A stretch of 32,030 nucleotides of DNA from Deltaproteobacteria bacterium RIFCSPHIGHO2_12_FULL_43_9 (GCA_001798265.1 MGRR01000030.1:1-32030), one strand, 5' to 3'. Counted from the stretch's first letter, positions 9,523 to 18,229 are shown. Program-made: numbers and translations. The notes: generated from the sequence alone by a model not told the origin.

Positions 9523-9729
9523 AGGTTGTAATCTTTTTTTATGGGCACTATTTATCTTGGTATCTTCTCTGGCTATAAGTGTCAAGAAATAATATATAAA
9601 AGTAAGGTTTAATCGATTTTTTAAAGGAGATTCGGAGGTATATCTTGAATACAAAACTAAATCGATGATATTGGGGGCTCTGTAGCCGAAACTCGTTACA
9701 TATTAACTATTAAATAATGGCATGAAATA
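9523..9729. promoter_or_regulatory. 207-bp divergent intergenic region, the largest non-coding gap in the window. Presumed promoters for 8047..9522 (-) and 9730..10128 (+).
   Basis: Non-coding in all frames and AT-rich. Candidate TTGAAT-N17-ATATTG on the plus strand near 9640..9670 is weak. No tRNA-like or riboswitch-like structure recognised. Confidence 0.25.
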
Positions 9730-10128
9730 ATGAAATTTAAGTCATTGGATGCTCTTGAGGCCTTGTTAAGCAATGTCGACCTGCTAAAGAAAACAGAAAA
9801 AAAGAATCCAGATGGTATCATACATGCCAATTCTTTGATCGAAGCCGGTAAAGTAAAAAGAACCTCTTTTTGGGAGCCTCCGACCGCCGATAAAGAAAAC
9901 GCCTACATCGAAGCAAACGGCATAAAAGAGTATGGCAAATGGTTTTTGGGAACCGACTCTACAATTAATGCTAACAACAAAAGCTATTATACTTATGCTT
10001 ACACTTCTGATTTTGAAAAAGTAGACAGCGCAGGTTTAATTGCTGTCAAACAAATAGCTGAACAACAAAGAATGCGTTCTATCTTTGCTGCAGCAAGCAA
10101 AATGCTTGACAAGATAGAGGACAAATAA
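9730..10128 (+). CDS. Hypothetical small soluble protein (132 aa)
   Basis: Isolated ATG ORF with no TM segments, Lys/Glu/Ala-rich ends, and no motif I can name. It is the only plausible ORF in this interval. Sits between a divergent radical SAM gene and a gene relic. Confidence 0.45.
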   Translation: MKFKSLDALEALLSNVDLLKKTEKKNPDGIIHANSLIEAGKVKRTSFWEPPTADKENAYIEANGIKEYGKWFLGTDSTINANNKSYYTYAYTSDFEKVDSAGLIAVKQIAEQQRMRSIFAAASKMLDKIEDK

Positions 10129-10133
10129 TTTTC

Positions 10134-10180
10134 TAAATTATTATTTATGTAGAGTTACAGATTTCAGTGTATCTTTCTAG
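10134..10180 (+). pseudogene. Relic copy of the last ~16 codons of gene 6215..8011 (family C 3-prime end)
   Basis: 10134..10161 (taaattattatttatgtagagttacaga) matches 7962..7989 (taaattattatttatatagagttacaga) at 27 of 28 positions. In the same frame it reads NYYLCRVTDFSVSF-stop, against NYYLYRVTDPRVTLY-stop. Similarity decays towards each stop codon. Confidence 0.6.
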
Positions 10181-12144
10181 GGAATAGTGTTGGCGCAATC
10201 ACTGTCCTCTGACAGAGAGATCTCATATATTCTGAAAATGTCACCATCATTATTTACAGATAGAAATTCAATTTTATAATTTTTAAATTTGTCGCTCTTG
10301 GATATCTGGTAAATGCGACGTTCATAATCATTGGGGAGCCAATGTTCATTATCCCTGCTGTCCAGTAGAGTCCAACTACTGCTATTCTTGGAGCCAAGCA
10401 ATCTCCACGATTGTGGCATTCGATAATTAGCCTTATCTTCGCCAGATTCAATCGCGTAGCATTTAATGTGCCTACTTTCATTAAAACTAAAATTCAGTAT
10501 GAGTGGGAATTTTGTGACAAGCTCCCAGAATGTATAGAAGATGTGGTCTAGTGCCCTTTGAAGCCTGAAGGCAGGGTCTGAAGATCCAGAATGTGTTGCT
10601 ATGCCAACCAATTTAACGGTTGGTGCGTCTCGCATCGACATTGGGGGCTTTAGTATGTTCGATTTTTCGTGCAATTCCGGCTCTAAAAAGAATAGATTCT
10701 CCTTCTGTTCCGCAACAAGACTCTCGACGCGTGGATGAGCAATGATTCCAAAATACTTTTTAAGGATGTAGCCAACATGCCCACCGGATAGAATATATAG
10801 TGATTTAAGCTCTCCCCATCTTTGGCGTCCTAAGAGCAATGCCTTCGGGCGCACCTCAACTATAATATAAAACTCCTTGTCGGGTGCGAACTGTGTACGA
10901 ACCTGTTCAACAGCATATTCAAACTGCCTTGAGAGGGTTGTTGCCATGTACATGCTGGTGTTGAATGAAAAGATGCACCCAACAACCAGTAATCCTGCGA
11001 TAAGAAACCTTCTTATTGGAACTATAGAAATAAAATCTATAGATCTAAAGAGTACAAGGAGTATTGCTGCTGCACCAGGATGCCATACTCTATAAATAGA
11101 TGGTGGTTGACCGACAGCGACGAGCGCTGGAACATTCATTGAAAAAAAAATAAGAAACCAGAAGAACAAAAAGAGTACGGAGTCAGCTAATATTAACCTT
11201 AATGTAGACGCTTGATACTTTTTATAGAGACCGAACACAACCGTAATAACCATCAATATTAAAATGATTACTGCAACAACAGACGAAGGAACAGTATTGA
11301 ATAAATTCAACATCATTGGAAGAATGTTGCGAACGAATATCTTTAAATTGATCAGCATCGCTGTTGAAATATCAAACCGATACAATGAGCCATATGGTGG
11401 GTTTACAATATTGAAAAGATTCATTGCAACAAAACGGTGGAGCAGAAAATAAGAAAAGCAGACAATTCCAAAGAAAACAAAAGAGTAAAGTACCTGAGCC
11501 CTTACTTCACGCTTCTTAACACCGCTGTACATTATAGTGACAAGGGCTGGAAGCAGAAAAAAACCTACGGTTGGAGGGTAAATGAAAAGTACAGATAATA
11601 AAATGAGGAAGGATGCCATCAACTTAATTTGTGTTTTGTGTTCCCGGTTACGAAGGGATTTCCAGTCTGGAAAAATTGATATGGCGCAGAGTGTAGGAAT
11701 TATGGCGAATAGACCCGGTATGAAGTTGGCTGTACGGCCGATGTTGATTTGAGCTGTTGGTAGCAAGAATATTGCGGTGCCGAAGGCTGCGCTTGATAGC
11801 TTGCCCATCCCATTTTTTCTTGAAATGATGGAAATATAAATCGCACTTGCTGCGGCAAATGCCATACTGAATGCCCTTCCAAAGGTCAGGCTTCTGAGGT
11901 CGGTAAAGAACCACATGTAGATATTCTGCAAGAACCCCTGGAGAAAACGTCCGAATTGAATCAACACCGCCGTTTCTGTGTGCCCGGAACAGCACGATTT
12001 ATTGTTGTACGCCCAAACCTCAAAATCGTTGTGAAAACCAAAATCAAAGAATAAATAGGGAGAAAAACTTATAAACAACAGCGCCACTATCATGGCGTCG
12101 TAGGGTAAGCTTTCTTTAATAGAATCAAAACGTGAGCGGCGCAT
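10177..12144 (-). CDS. Large polytopic membrane protein, family D (singleton), with a soluble C-terminal region ending in a discoidin (F5/8 type C)-like carbohydrate-binding domain. Possible GT-C-like enzyme.
   Basis: 655-codon ORF with AAGGA 9 nt upstream of the ATG and 13 nt after the upstream stop. N-terminal loop reads FHNDFEVW...GRFLQG, followed by about 10 hydrophobic segments. C-terminus reads YRMPQSWRLLGSKNSSSWTLLD...YKIEF...FRIYEISL, which resembles the R-x-P-x-x-W-x-L-x-G-S-x-D-G-x-x-W pattern of discoidin domains. Confidence 0.55.
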   Translation of the reverse strand: MRRSRFDSIKESLPYDAMIVALLFISFSPYLFFDFGFHNDFEVWAYNNKSCCSGHTETAVLIQFGRFLQGFLQNIYMWFFTDLRSLTFGRAFSMAFAAASAIYISIISRKNGMGKLSSAAFGTAIFLLPTAQINIGRTANFIPGLFAIIPTLCAISIFPDWKSLRNREHKTQIKLMASFLILLSVLFIYPPTVGFFLLPALVTIMYSGVKKREVRAQVLYSFVFFGIVCFSYFLLHRFVAMNLFNIVNPPYGSLYRFDISTAMLINLKIFVRNILPMMLNLFNTVPSSVVAVIILILMVITVVFGLYKKYQASTLRLILADSVLFLFFWFLIFFSMNVPALVAVGQPPSIYRVWHPGAAAILLVLFRSIDFISIVPIRRFLIAGLLVVGCIFSFNTSMYMATTLSRQFEYAVEQVRTQFAPDKEFYIIVEVRPKALLLGRQRWGELKSLYILSGGHVGYILKKYFGIIAHPRVESLVAEQKENLFFLEPELHEKSNILKPPMSMRDAPTVKLVGIATHSGSSDPAFRLQRALDHIFYTFWELVTKFPLILNFSFNESRHIKCYAIESGEDKANYRMPQSWRLLGSKNSSSWTLLDSRDNEHWLPNDYERRIYQISKSDKFKNYKIEFLSVNNDGDIFRIYEISLSEDSDCANTIP

Positions 12145-12157
12145 CTTCTGATCCTTA

Positions 12158-14311
12158 CTATTGCGTTACCGGTCGGTCAACTCTCTTTTCAAGATCATCA
12201 ATGGAATGACCGACTAAGACTCTTTTATCACTGCCCGCTTTAAGGACTGTTTCGTTCAATGGTAGGTTGTCAGGGATTGCAAAGAATTTATCCTGATATC
12301 CGTACAATTGAAAACCTTGATAGGACTTCAGATACCAGGGTTTCCAAAATGTACTGTCTGGCAGGTAATCAGCAGCTGGAGAGACTTTAGGGTCAAGTAC
12401 GGTGTAGGCATAGTAGTCAACGGCAATCTCATTAAGAAAAGGTCTCTTAAATCGATCGTGACCAAAGTAGATGTCATTCTCAAGATCAGAGGTCCCCAAA
12501 AACAACATCTTCTCACGTGGTATAAAATTTCTAATCGGATCAATGAATGGAAATCTGGCAATAACGGAATGTATATGCCCAAGTGGGGCTACACTCACAC
12601 TTTTGCGGGTAATATATTTGTGTGCATGATAATTACCTTTATATGGTATAAATTCCTGCTCCATATTAAGCATGACAATCCGATGGGTTTTCATCTCCCT
12701 GCGGAGGAAATTTTCCAGCTCCATTGGTTTCTCTAATGTTCTCTCCGGTGGGACACCAGCACGAACGCTCCAATATGGTAAGATATGATCATTCGAATAG
12801 TAACGGATATCTTCAGCATGTAATGCGTTTGCAATAACAATTGTACCAGGAGGTGTATTGGTTCGAAACCAGTCAGCCATGTAGTGAATTCCCGAATAAA
12901 GCGATGTAATAGTCACATAGCTTCCGTACACGTTGAGGATTTGATCGAGAAGGCAAAGGATAATAATAGGAAAAAGAACCGCTCTTTTCCATGTTGTACG
13001 GCTTAAAGTGCCAATCCAGAAGTTTTCAGTTGCTGCTACGATGATGATCAGTGCTGGTACAAGTGGATAGACCAGATGAACATGCGCAGAAAATACCTTT
13101 AGGAATGGAAGAAAAGATAATAGAAACCATACAGCCAGAAAACCCAATTGGCGAATCTGAATCTTTTGGTCTTTGAAGTATTTACGAACAATTAAAAATA
13201 AAAGTATTCCACTGCAAACAACAGCAAGGGATATCATCGGTTGCTTCAATCTTAAAAATGCTAGAAGTCCGATTAACACGGGGAGCGCCCTGGCATCCCT
13301 TCTTAGAGAGAAGATAAGGGCTACACCCGACAGAACCCAGAATGTTGGGGGGAGGAGCAGAAGAAATACCCTACCTACGTCCCATTTCGCCTGTGAATAC
13401 AAATTCCAAAGAAATGATTTTATGTCGATAAAAGCCCCCATCTGTGAGCCAAGAGAGCCCAGCTCAAAGACTGGGCTTAGTGGTAACTTAGGCACAATAA
13501 GGTGGGGCAATGCTGTTGGGAAAATGGCATGCAATAAACCGAGCAGAGCCAAGACCAAAACAGGTGTCACACGACGATACCTATACAGTTCCATAAGTAT
13601 TATGAGCATCGTCACGATACCGATAAACTCACGTATCCATGGCCCAAGTAGGAGCACCGATGTTAGACAAATTCCCCAAAGCCAGCGATGTCGCTTAGAT
13701 TCTTCCATCTTCCGGTAAAACCAGAGTCCCATGCAGATAAAAAGTGGGACTAGAACCTGGATGCCTGAAAATATGACCCAGGCGCCTGTTATTACAGCCG
13801 GGGAACAAAAGAATAGTAGTAGGATTACGTATGCCGCCAGGTTTGTCTGGAGATATTCGCGTGCAATAAGGAAGAGAAAGAGTGCCAGCAATCCAAATAA
13901 AGAGGCAATAAAAAGCATCCATATTGTTTTGAGGTACTGCTTCGATTTTCCTGAGATGTGTGCTTCGGTAAACATTGAGACCCCTGTCAGCGCAAGGGCA
14001 GCGCCAAGCGGCCTATAGCCACCAAACTCCAGGCAGGAGAAAGATCTTGTAAGTATTGTTTCTGACAGTTTTGGAGCCCCCCAACGAAGACCATAAGCCC
14101 CCTCATCTCGACAAACCGGTGCGACACCAGGCTTTATCGTATCATCCTTAAAGCCATACGTATTTTCTGCTGTCTGAGGGCTGTCATTCCAGACAAGATC
14201 TTCAGTAGATCTGATTATAAAAAATGTGGTCGTGACCAGACAAAATATCAGTGCGAGGTGTAGATATCTTTTAAATCCATCCGTTGTTACGGATTTTTTA
14301 TATAGAGACAT
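12158..14311 (-). CDS. Large polytopic membrane protein, family C, long form (paralogue of 6215..8011). Putative GT-C-type glycosyltransferase with an extra C-terminal module.
   Basis: 717-codon ORF sharing the blocks listed for 6215..8011. Extra internal TM insert (ALPVLIGLLAFLRL...). Has a ~53-aa C-terminal extension, YQGFQLYGYQDKFFAIPD...SIDDLEKRV, related to the C-termini of family A proteins. Confidence 0.6.
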   Translation of the reverse strand: MSLYKKSVTTDGFKRYLHLALIFCLVTTTFFIIRSTEDLVWNDSPQTAENTYGFKDDTIKPGVAPVCRDEGAYGLRWGAPKLSETILTRSFSCLEFGGYRPLGAALALTGVSMFTEAHISGKSKQYLKTIWMLFIASLFGLLALFLFLIAREYLQTNLAAYVILLLFFCSPAVITGAWVIFSGIQVLVPLFICMGLWFYRKMEESKRHRWLWGICLTSVLLLGPWIREFIGIVTMLIILMELYRYRRVTPVLVLALLGLLHAIFPTALPHLIVPKLPLSPVFELGSLGSQMGAFIDIKSFLWNLYSQAKWDVGRVFLLLLPPTFWVLSGVALIFSLRRDARALPVLIGLLAFLRLKQPMISLAVVCSGILLFLIVRKYFKDQKIQIRQLGFLAVWFLLSFLPFLKVFSAHVHLVYPLVPALIIIVAATENFWIGTLSRTTWKRAVLFPIIILCLLDQILNVYGSYVTITSLYSGIHYMADWFRTNTPPGTIVIANALHAEDIRYYSNDHILPYWSVRAGVPPERTLEKPMELENFLRREMKTHRIVMLNMEQEFIPYKGNYHAHKYITRKSVSVAPLGHIHSVIARFPFIDPIRNFIPREKMLFLGTSDLENDIYFGHDRFKRPFLNEIAVDYYAYTVLDPKVSPAADYLPDSTFWKPWYLKSYQGFQLYGYQDKFFAIPDNLPLNETVLKAGSDKRVLVGHSIDDLEKRVDRPVTQ

Positions 14312-15260
14312 GGTAGTGCTTCCTATACCATTCTATTGTTTTGTCGATTCCATCATCCAATGCAATTTTTGGTTGCCAATCAAAAATAGTGTTTGCTTTT
14401 TCTAAATTAAGACACAATTTTGTTTTTATCGTGGGTTTCGATAAGTCATGATCTATCAGAAGTTGTTTACCGGAATGGAGGATATTTTTTGTTACCAATT
14501 CATTTATGGAGATTGATTTACCATAACCAACATTGCAGATTTCAAACCTGCTCTCCTGTCTGACAATTGCCAGCTCAACAAAGTCAATTAAATCATCGAC
14601 ATATATTAGATCCCGCTCCTCTTCTCCGCTTCCCCATATTATGATTTTATCACCATCATTAGCCTGCATAACCTTGGTAATGGTTGCACCAAAGACATGT
14701 GACTTTTCAAGGTCAAATTTATCGTGTGGGCCGTAAACATTTGAGTGTCTCATTACCGTATATTTCGTATTGCTTATACGGGAATAAAACTCACACATCT
14801 TTTCAATGTAAATCTTGGTCCACCCAACGCCAAAGTAGCTGGGAAATATCTCCAGGCTGGGATCAAAATCTGACTCCTTAATCGGAATATTGCTCGTTGG
14901 GTAAAAGACGGTACAGCTGAAGAAAAGAACGTGCCCAACATTATGTTCAAATGCCGATCTAAAAATTAGCGAGTTCATCACTGCATTGTCAGTGACATGA
15001 ATATAAGGTCGGGTTACAATATCTTTTGAGCCTGTTGTCGTTGCAGCTGCCTGAATAATAATATCCTTATCCTGGACCGCGGCATCGACCTCCTTTTTTG
15101 AGGTTAAATCTGCCTTGATCATTTTTATATTAGGTATTTTTAATGGTTCAGATTTAAAATATGTGCCATAGATTTCAAAATGCACATTCCGAGACAAGGA
15201 TTCAGCTATATTTCGCCCAATAAAACCGGTGCTCCCACAAATCAGTATCTTTTTCTTCAT
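14298..15260 (-). CDS. NAD(P)-dependent extended SDR, GDP-L-fucose-synthase-like sugar-nucleotide epimerase/reductase
   Basis: N-terminal Rossmann motif ILICGSTGFIGRNI. NVYGPHDKFDLEKSHVFGATITKV resembles the Fcl block NLYGPHDNF...SHVIPALL. ATGA overlap with the upstream gene. Confidence 0.7.
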   Translation of the reverse strand: MKKKILICGSTGFIGRNIAESLSRNVHFEIYGTYFKSEPLKIPNIKMIKADLTSKKEVDAAVQDKDIIIQAAATTTGSKDIVTRPYIHVTDNAVMNSLIFRSAFEHNVGHVLFFSCTVFYPTSNIPIKESDFDPSLEIFPSYFGVGWTKIYIEKMCEFYSRISNTKYTVMRHSNVYGPHDKFDLEKSHVFGATITKVMQANDGDKIIIWGSGEEERDLIYVDDLIDFVELAIVRQESRFEICNVGYGKSISINELVTKNILHSGKQLLIDHDLSKPTIKTKLCLNLEKANTIFDWQPKIALDDGIDKTIEWYRKHYHVSI

Positions 15261-16036
15261 CTTAATTCTTTCAAATAGAGATCTATATTTTCTTTTGATG
15301 TTCGCCTGAAGTGCGGCACTAATTCTGCAATCTTTGTGTTGTCTATTAATCCAACACTATAAGTGTGTGTTCCAAAGTTGGGTTTAGCCTGCAAAATTTC
15401 AGCTAAATCGGACAGTCGTATATTCTTGGAGCATGCAGCGTTATAAATCCCATTTAAATCATATTTAATCGAATATTTTATAAATTCCAGTATGTCTGCG
15501 TAGAGTACATAGTTAAATGTTGAATTTTGTGAAAGTGTAAGTGAGCAATTTTTATTTTCTAAAATCTGCATAAAGCTATTTTTTCTCATTTCCCTCCCCA
15601 GCAACGTTGCGGCCCTAATAATAAGATGATTCTTGCAAAATTGAAGTATAATTGATTCTGACATTAACTTGGTAATCCCATAAATCGTACTCAGTGCATC
15701 TACGTCTATAACTTCTGTTTCAAAATGTTTCTCGCTGTTTTTGGGGTATGTTTCTATAGATGATAAATAAATAAACTTTTTATGTGGAATATTGATCAGC
15801 TGTTTGGTTAAAAACACATTATCATTAATATAGTTGTATAAAATTTCAGAATTAACGACCCTGTTTCTGTTGCGTGCACAATGAATTATAATATCGACAC
15901 CACGTGCCTGCAGCTCTTCAATTTCTTCGGGGAGCGTTGCTCTGGTTAAGGAATGCCCGCCTAGTTCTTTATAAATATATTCTCCTATACCGCTAGTTGT
16001 GCCAACGGTAAGGATACTGAGATTTTTCATCATCAT
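15257..16036 (-). CDS. NAD(P)-binding SDR-family protein (short epimerase/reductase-like)
   Basis: GTTSGIGEYIY glycine-rich motif near the N-terminus, and a YGITK (YxxxK) motif. The ORF track starts at 16069. I prefer the ATG at 16036, which forms an ATGA overlap with the stop of 16033..16716. Confidence 0.6.
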   Translation of the reverse strand: MMMKNLSILTVGTTSGIGEYIYKELGGHSLTRATLPEEIEELQARGVDIIIHCARNRNRVVNSEILYNYINDNVFLTKQLINIPHKKFIYLSSIETYPKNSEKHFETEVIDVDALSTIYGITKLMSESIILQFCKNHLIIRAATLLGREMRKNSFMQILENKNCSLTLSQNSTFNYVLYADILEFIKYSIKYDLNGIYNAACSKNIRLSDLAEILQAKPNFGTHTYSVGLIDNTKIAELVPHFRRTSKENIDLYLKELR

Positions 16037-16716
16037 GCCTTGATAAATAGCTCTTTGAAGAGAACCCACAGAAGAGTAGAACCGTTATAGAGCGGTTTCA
16101 TTTTCCGAACACTCCCAACCCTTTTTGGTTCATCACCAGGTATTTCAGTAACCCTTTTTTTATGTCTTGCACATCTTATGCACAATAAGTATTCAAATAT
16201 CGGAATCTTTTTAGAGTCGTTTCTAATTAATTCAATTAGATCTCTCCTGAATGCTCTAAACATAACGAGAGAATCGGTGTATTGCCCACCAAATAATATA
16301 TTTACTGCTTTAGTAAAAATCCAGTTTCCGAAGGCTGTTACAACGTCGTCGTCTTCGCTCCTGGCGCCTGGGAGGTAACGCGAGGCAATAACCATATCGT
16401 TACCCTTTTCCATTTCAGTGATTAAAAGTGGAATGAGCTCCGGTACGGAATTATTATCTGGACTAAACGGGATAATGACATCACCACTGGCTTTCTCAAA
16501 ACATTCCCAATATGCCCCGCAAACACCCTTTGATTTTTGGTGGACTACATTGAAACCCCTTTCTTCAAAGTATTCTATTGTTCCATCTGTTGAGCCGCCG
16601 TCAACAACGATGATTTCATCAACCCATTCCCTATTTATTCTGGGCATTATTAATTTTGCTCCCTCGAGCTCATTATAGGTTGGAATAAAGAGTGTTGTTT
16701 TCATCTGATTACTCAT
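16033..16716 (-). CDS. Family 2 glycosyltransferase, soluble Dpm1-like (possible polyprenyl-phosphate sugar synthase)
   Basis: LFIPTYNE...IIVVDGGSTDGT...VIIPFSPDNN...VIASRY is the classic GT2 (GT-A) N-terminal signature. 227 aa with no TM helix. 8-nt overlap with the upstream radical SAM gene. Confidence 0.75.
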   Translation of the reverse strand: MSNQMKTTLFIPTYNELEGAKLIMPRINREWVDEIIVVDGGSTDGTIEYFEERGFNVVHQKSKGVCGAYWECFEKASGDVIIPFSPDNNSVPELIPLLITEMEKGNDMVIASRYLPGARSEDDDVVTAFGNWIFTKAVNILFGGQYTDSLVMFRAFRRDLIELIRNDSKKIPIFEYLLCIRCARHKKRVTEIPGDEPKRVGSVRKMKPLYNGSTLLWVLFKELFIKA

Positions 16717-18175
16717 CGAGAATGCTGCGACTTAACTTTGTTTTTGCCATTCTTTCGATGTGCTCTCTGGTTTGCAATCCAAATTTCACTTCCATGTCCT
16801 TTAGAAATGCAGGTCTGAGATAATACTTACTAAAAACATCGTCCCTGTACCGCAATACCTCAGCTGATGTCAGATATTTGGTTGGTAGTGCTGTTCCATT
16901 GTAGCCATACAGGGAATAGCCCTCCCAGCTCTTTGGTTCTTCTATTCTCTTTTCATTGATATATTCGTCATATAGAGGTGTGCCTGGATAAGCATAGCCG
17001 GGGTAAACATTTATCCATTCGAAGTTTTCCTGATAGAGGAAATTGCGTGTGGCATTCAGGGTTTCGTAATTGTCATCCCAGAGCCCAAAAATAACATCGG
17101 CACAAATGTAGATTCCGGCGTCGCGTGTCCATTCAAGAACCTTAACCAATGTTTCATAAGTAAATCTTTTAGTAGTGGAATGAAGTACCTTGGGATCAAC
17201 GGTTTCTATTCCGTACGCTATCCAGTTTAGACCGACCTTTTTTAATCTTTCAAGAATTCTTGGTGATACAGTATCGATTCTGGCAAATGCCCACATATTA
17301 AGGGCATAATTTCTTTTTCCCAGTTTATCACAAAATTCATCTAACCGTGGGTGTTTCAAGATAAAGAGCTCATCAAGAATCTTTATGTTTTTTACTCCAT
17401 GTTCATTAACTAGTTTATCAATCTCGGCGATGACATTATCAATTGATCTGAATCTCATTGTTCTTTTTAAAAATACATTATTAATGCTGCAAAAGTTACA
17501 AGGATATGGACAACCAAAGCTTGTCCAAAGAATTGCGTATGGTGATCTATTTTCTATGTCACCGAAGCAATGCCAATTATGCGCACGGTATTTTGACGGT
17601 AAAACGCTATCCCAATTGACGGTCGGAAAATCCTTTAGATCAACAAGCTTAGCCGCCTCATGTTCTGTATATTTACCATCTTTGAAGTAGCAAAGACCCT
17701 TAATGTCAGAGAGGGACTTTACACCTCGATAATGTTCATAAAGTCCGGTAAGTGTTTCATATCCCTCACCCTTGATTACAAAATCAGCCTTGGTCTCGCG
17801 TAGGGTTCTCTCTGGAAGCACCGATGGATGTCCACCCCAAATGACTGTTGTAATCTCCCGTGCTTCAGGATGTTCATAGAACCTATTACAAAAATCGATA
17901 ATGCCAACCATTGTCATAGTAGAGGCGGATGGATTTGCACCAGAGGCAATAAGGCAAACATAAATAGGTTTTTCTTTTAAAATATATTCGATAAGGCTTG
18001 TATTATCGTAGCCATCGGCATCGGCATCAATCATATGTACCGGGATATCATTTTTTTCAAGGTGTGAAGCCAAAACGGCCATTGGAATATTTGGAGCAAT
18101 TGCAGCAAACTCATTGGACGTTACTCCATACAGCTTCTCTTTACAGCTTACGGTTGATATTATGACACTATTCAT
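16709..18175 (-). CDS. Cobalamin-binding-domain radical SAM enzyme (class B radical SAM)
   Basis: GCPYPCNFCS cluster motif preceded by YRAHNWHCF...SPYAILWTS. N-terminal B12-binding-like region (PVHMIDAD...WGGHPS...VIKGEGY). Start moved from 18208 to the ATG at 18175, which has GAGGAA about 8 nt upstream. Confidence 0.75.
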   Translation of the reverse strand: MNSVIISTVSCKEKLYGVTSNEFAAIAPNIPMAVLASHLEKNDIPVHMIDADADGYDNTSLIEYILKEKPIYVCLIASGANPSASTMTMVGIIDFCNRFYEHPEAREITTVIWGGHPSVLPERTLRETKADFVIKGEGYETLTGLYEHYRGVKSLSDIKGLCYFKDGKYTEHEAAKLVDLKDFPTVNWDSVLPSKYRAHNWHCFGDIENRSPYAILWTSFGCPYPCNFCSINNVFLKRTMRFRSIDNVIAEIDKLVNEHGVKNIKILDELFILKHPRLDEFCDKLGKRNYALNMWAFARIDTVSPRILERLKKVGLNWIAYGIETVDPKVLHSTTKRFTYETLVKVLEWTRDAGIYICADVIFGLWDDNYETLNATRNFLYQENFEWINVYPGYAYPGTPLYDEYINEKRIEEPKSWEGYSLYGYNGTALPTKYLTSAEVLRYRDDVFSKYYLRPAFLKDMEVKFGLQTREHIERMAKTKLSRSILDE

Positions 18176-18229
18176 GTTCGGGTTCCTCTTCCCGGCACTC
18201 TTGTGCATTTAACAAAGGGTCGATGCTAT

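Noticed and set aside
9523-9654. 44-codon N-terminal extension of the radical SAM ORF (track start 9654)
   Set aside because: The extension (MYSRYTSESPLKNRL...) precedes the conserved first beta-strand of the B12-binding domain (MKILFVISG) and looks like translated AT-rich intergenic DNA. Start moved to 9522, but this was not verified experimentally.
12308-13718. Long antisense ORFs (12308..12736, 142 aa; 13173..13718, 181 aa) inside 12158..14311
   Set aside because: The minus-strand frame has strong paralogue support from 6215..8011. The plus-strand translations are Arg/Ser-rich with no motifs, typical of shadow ORFs in locally GC-richer coding DNA.
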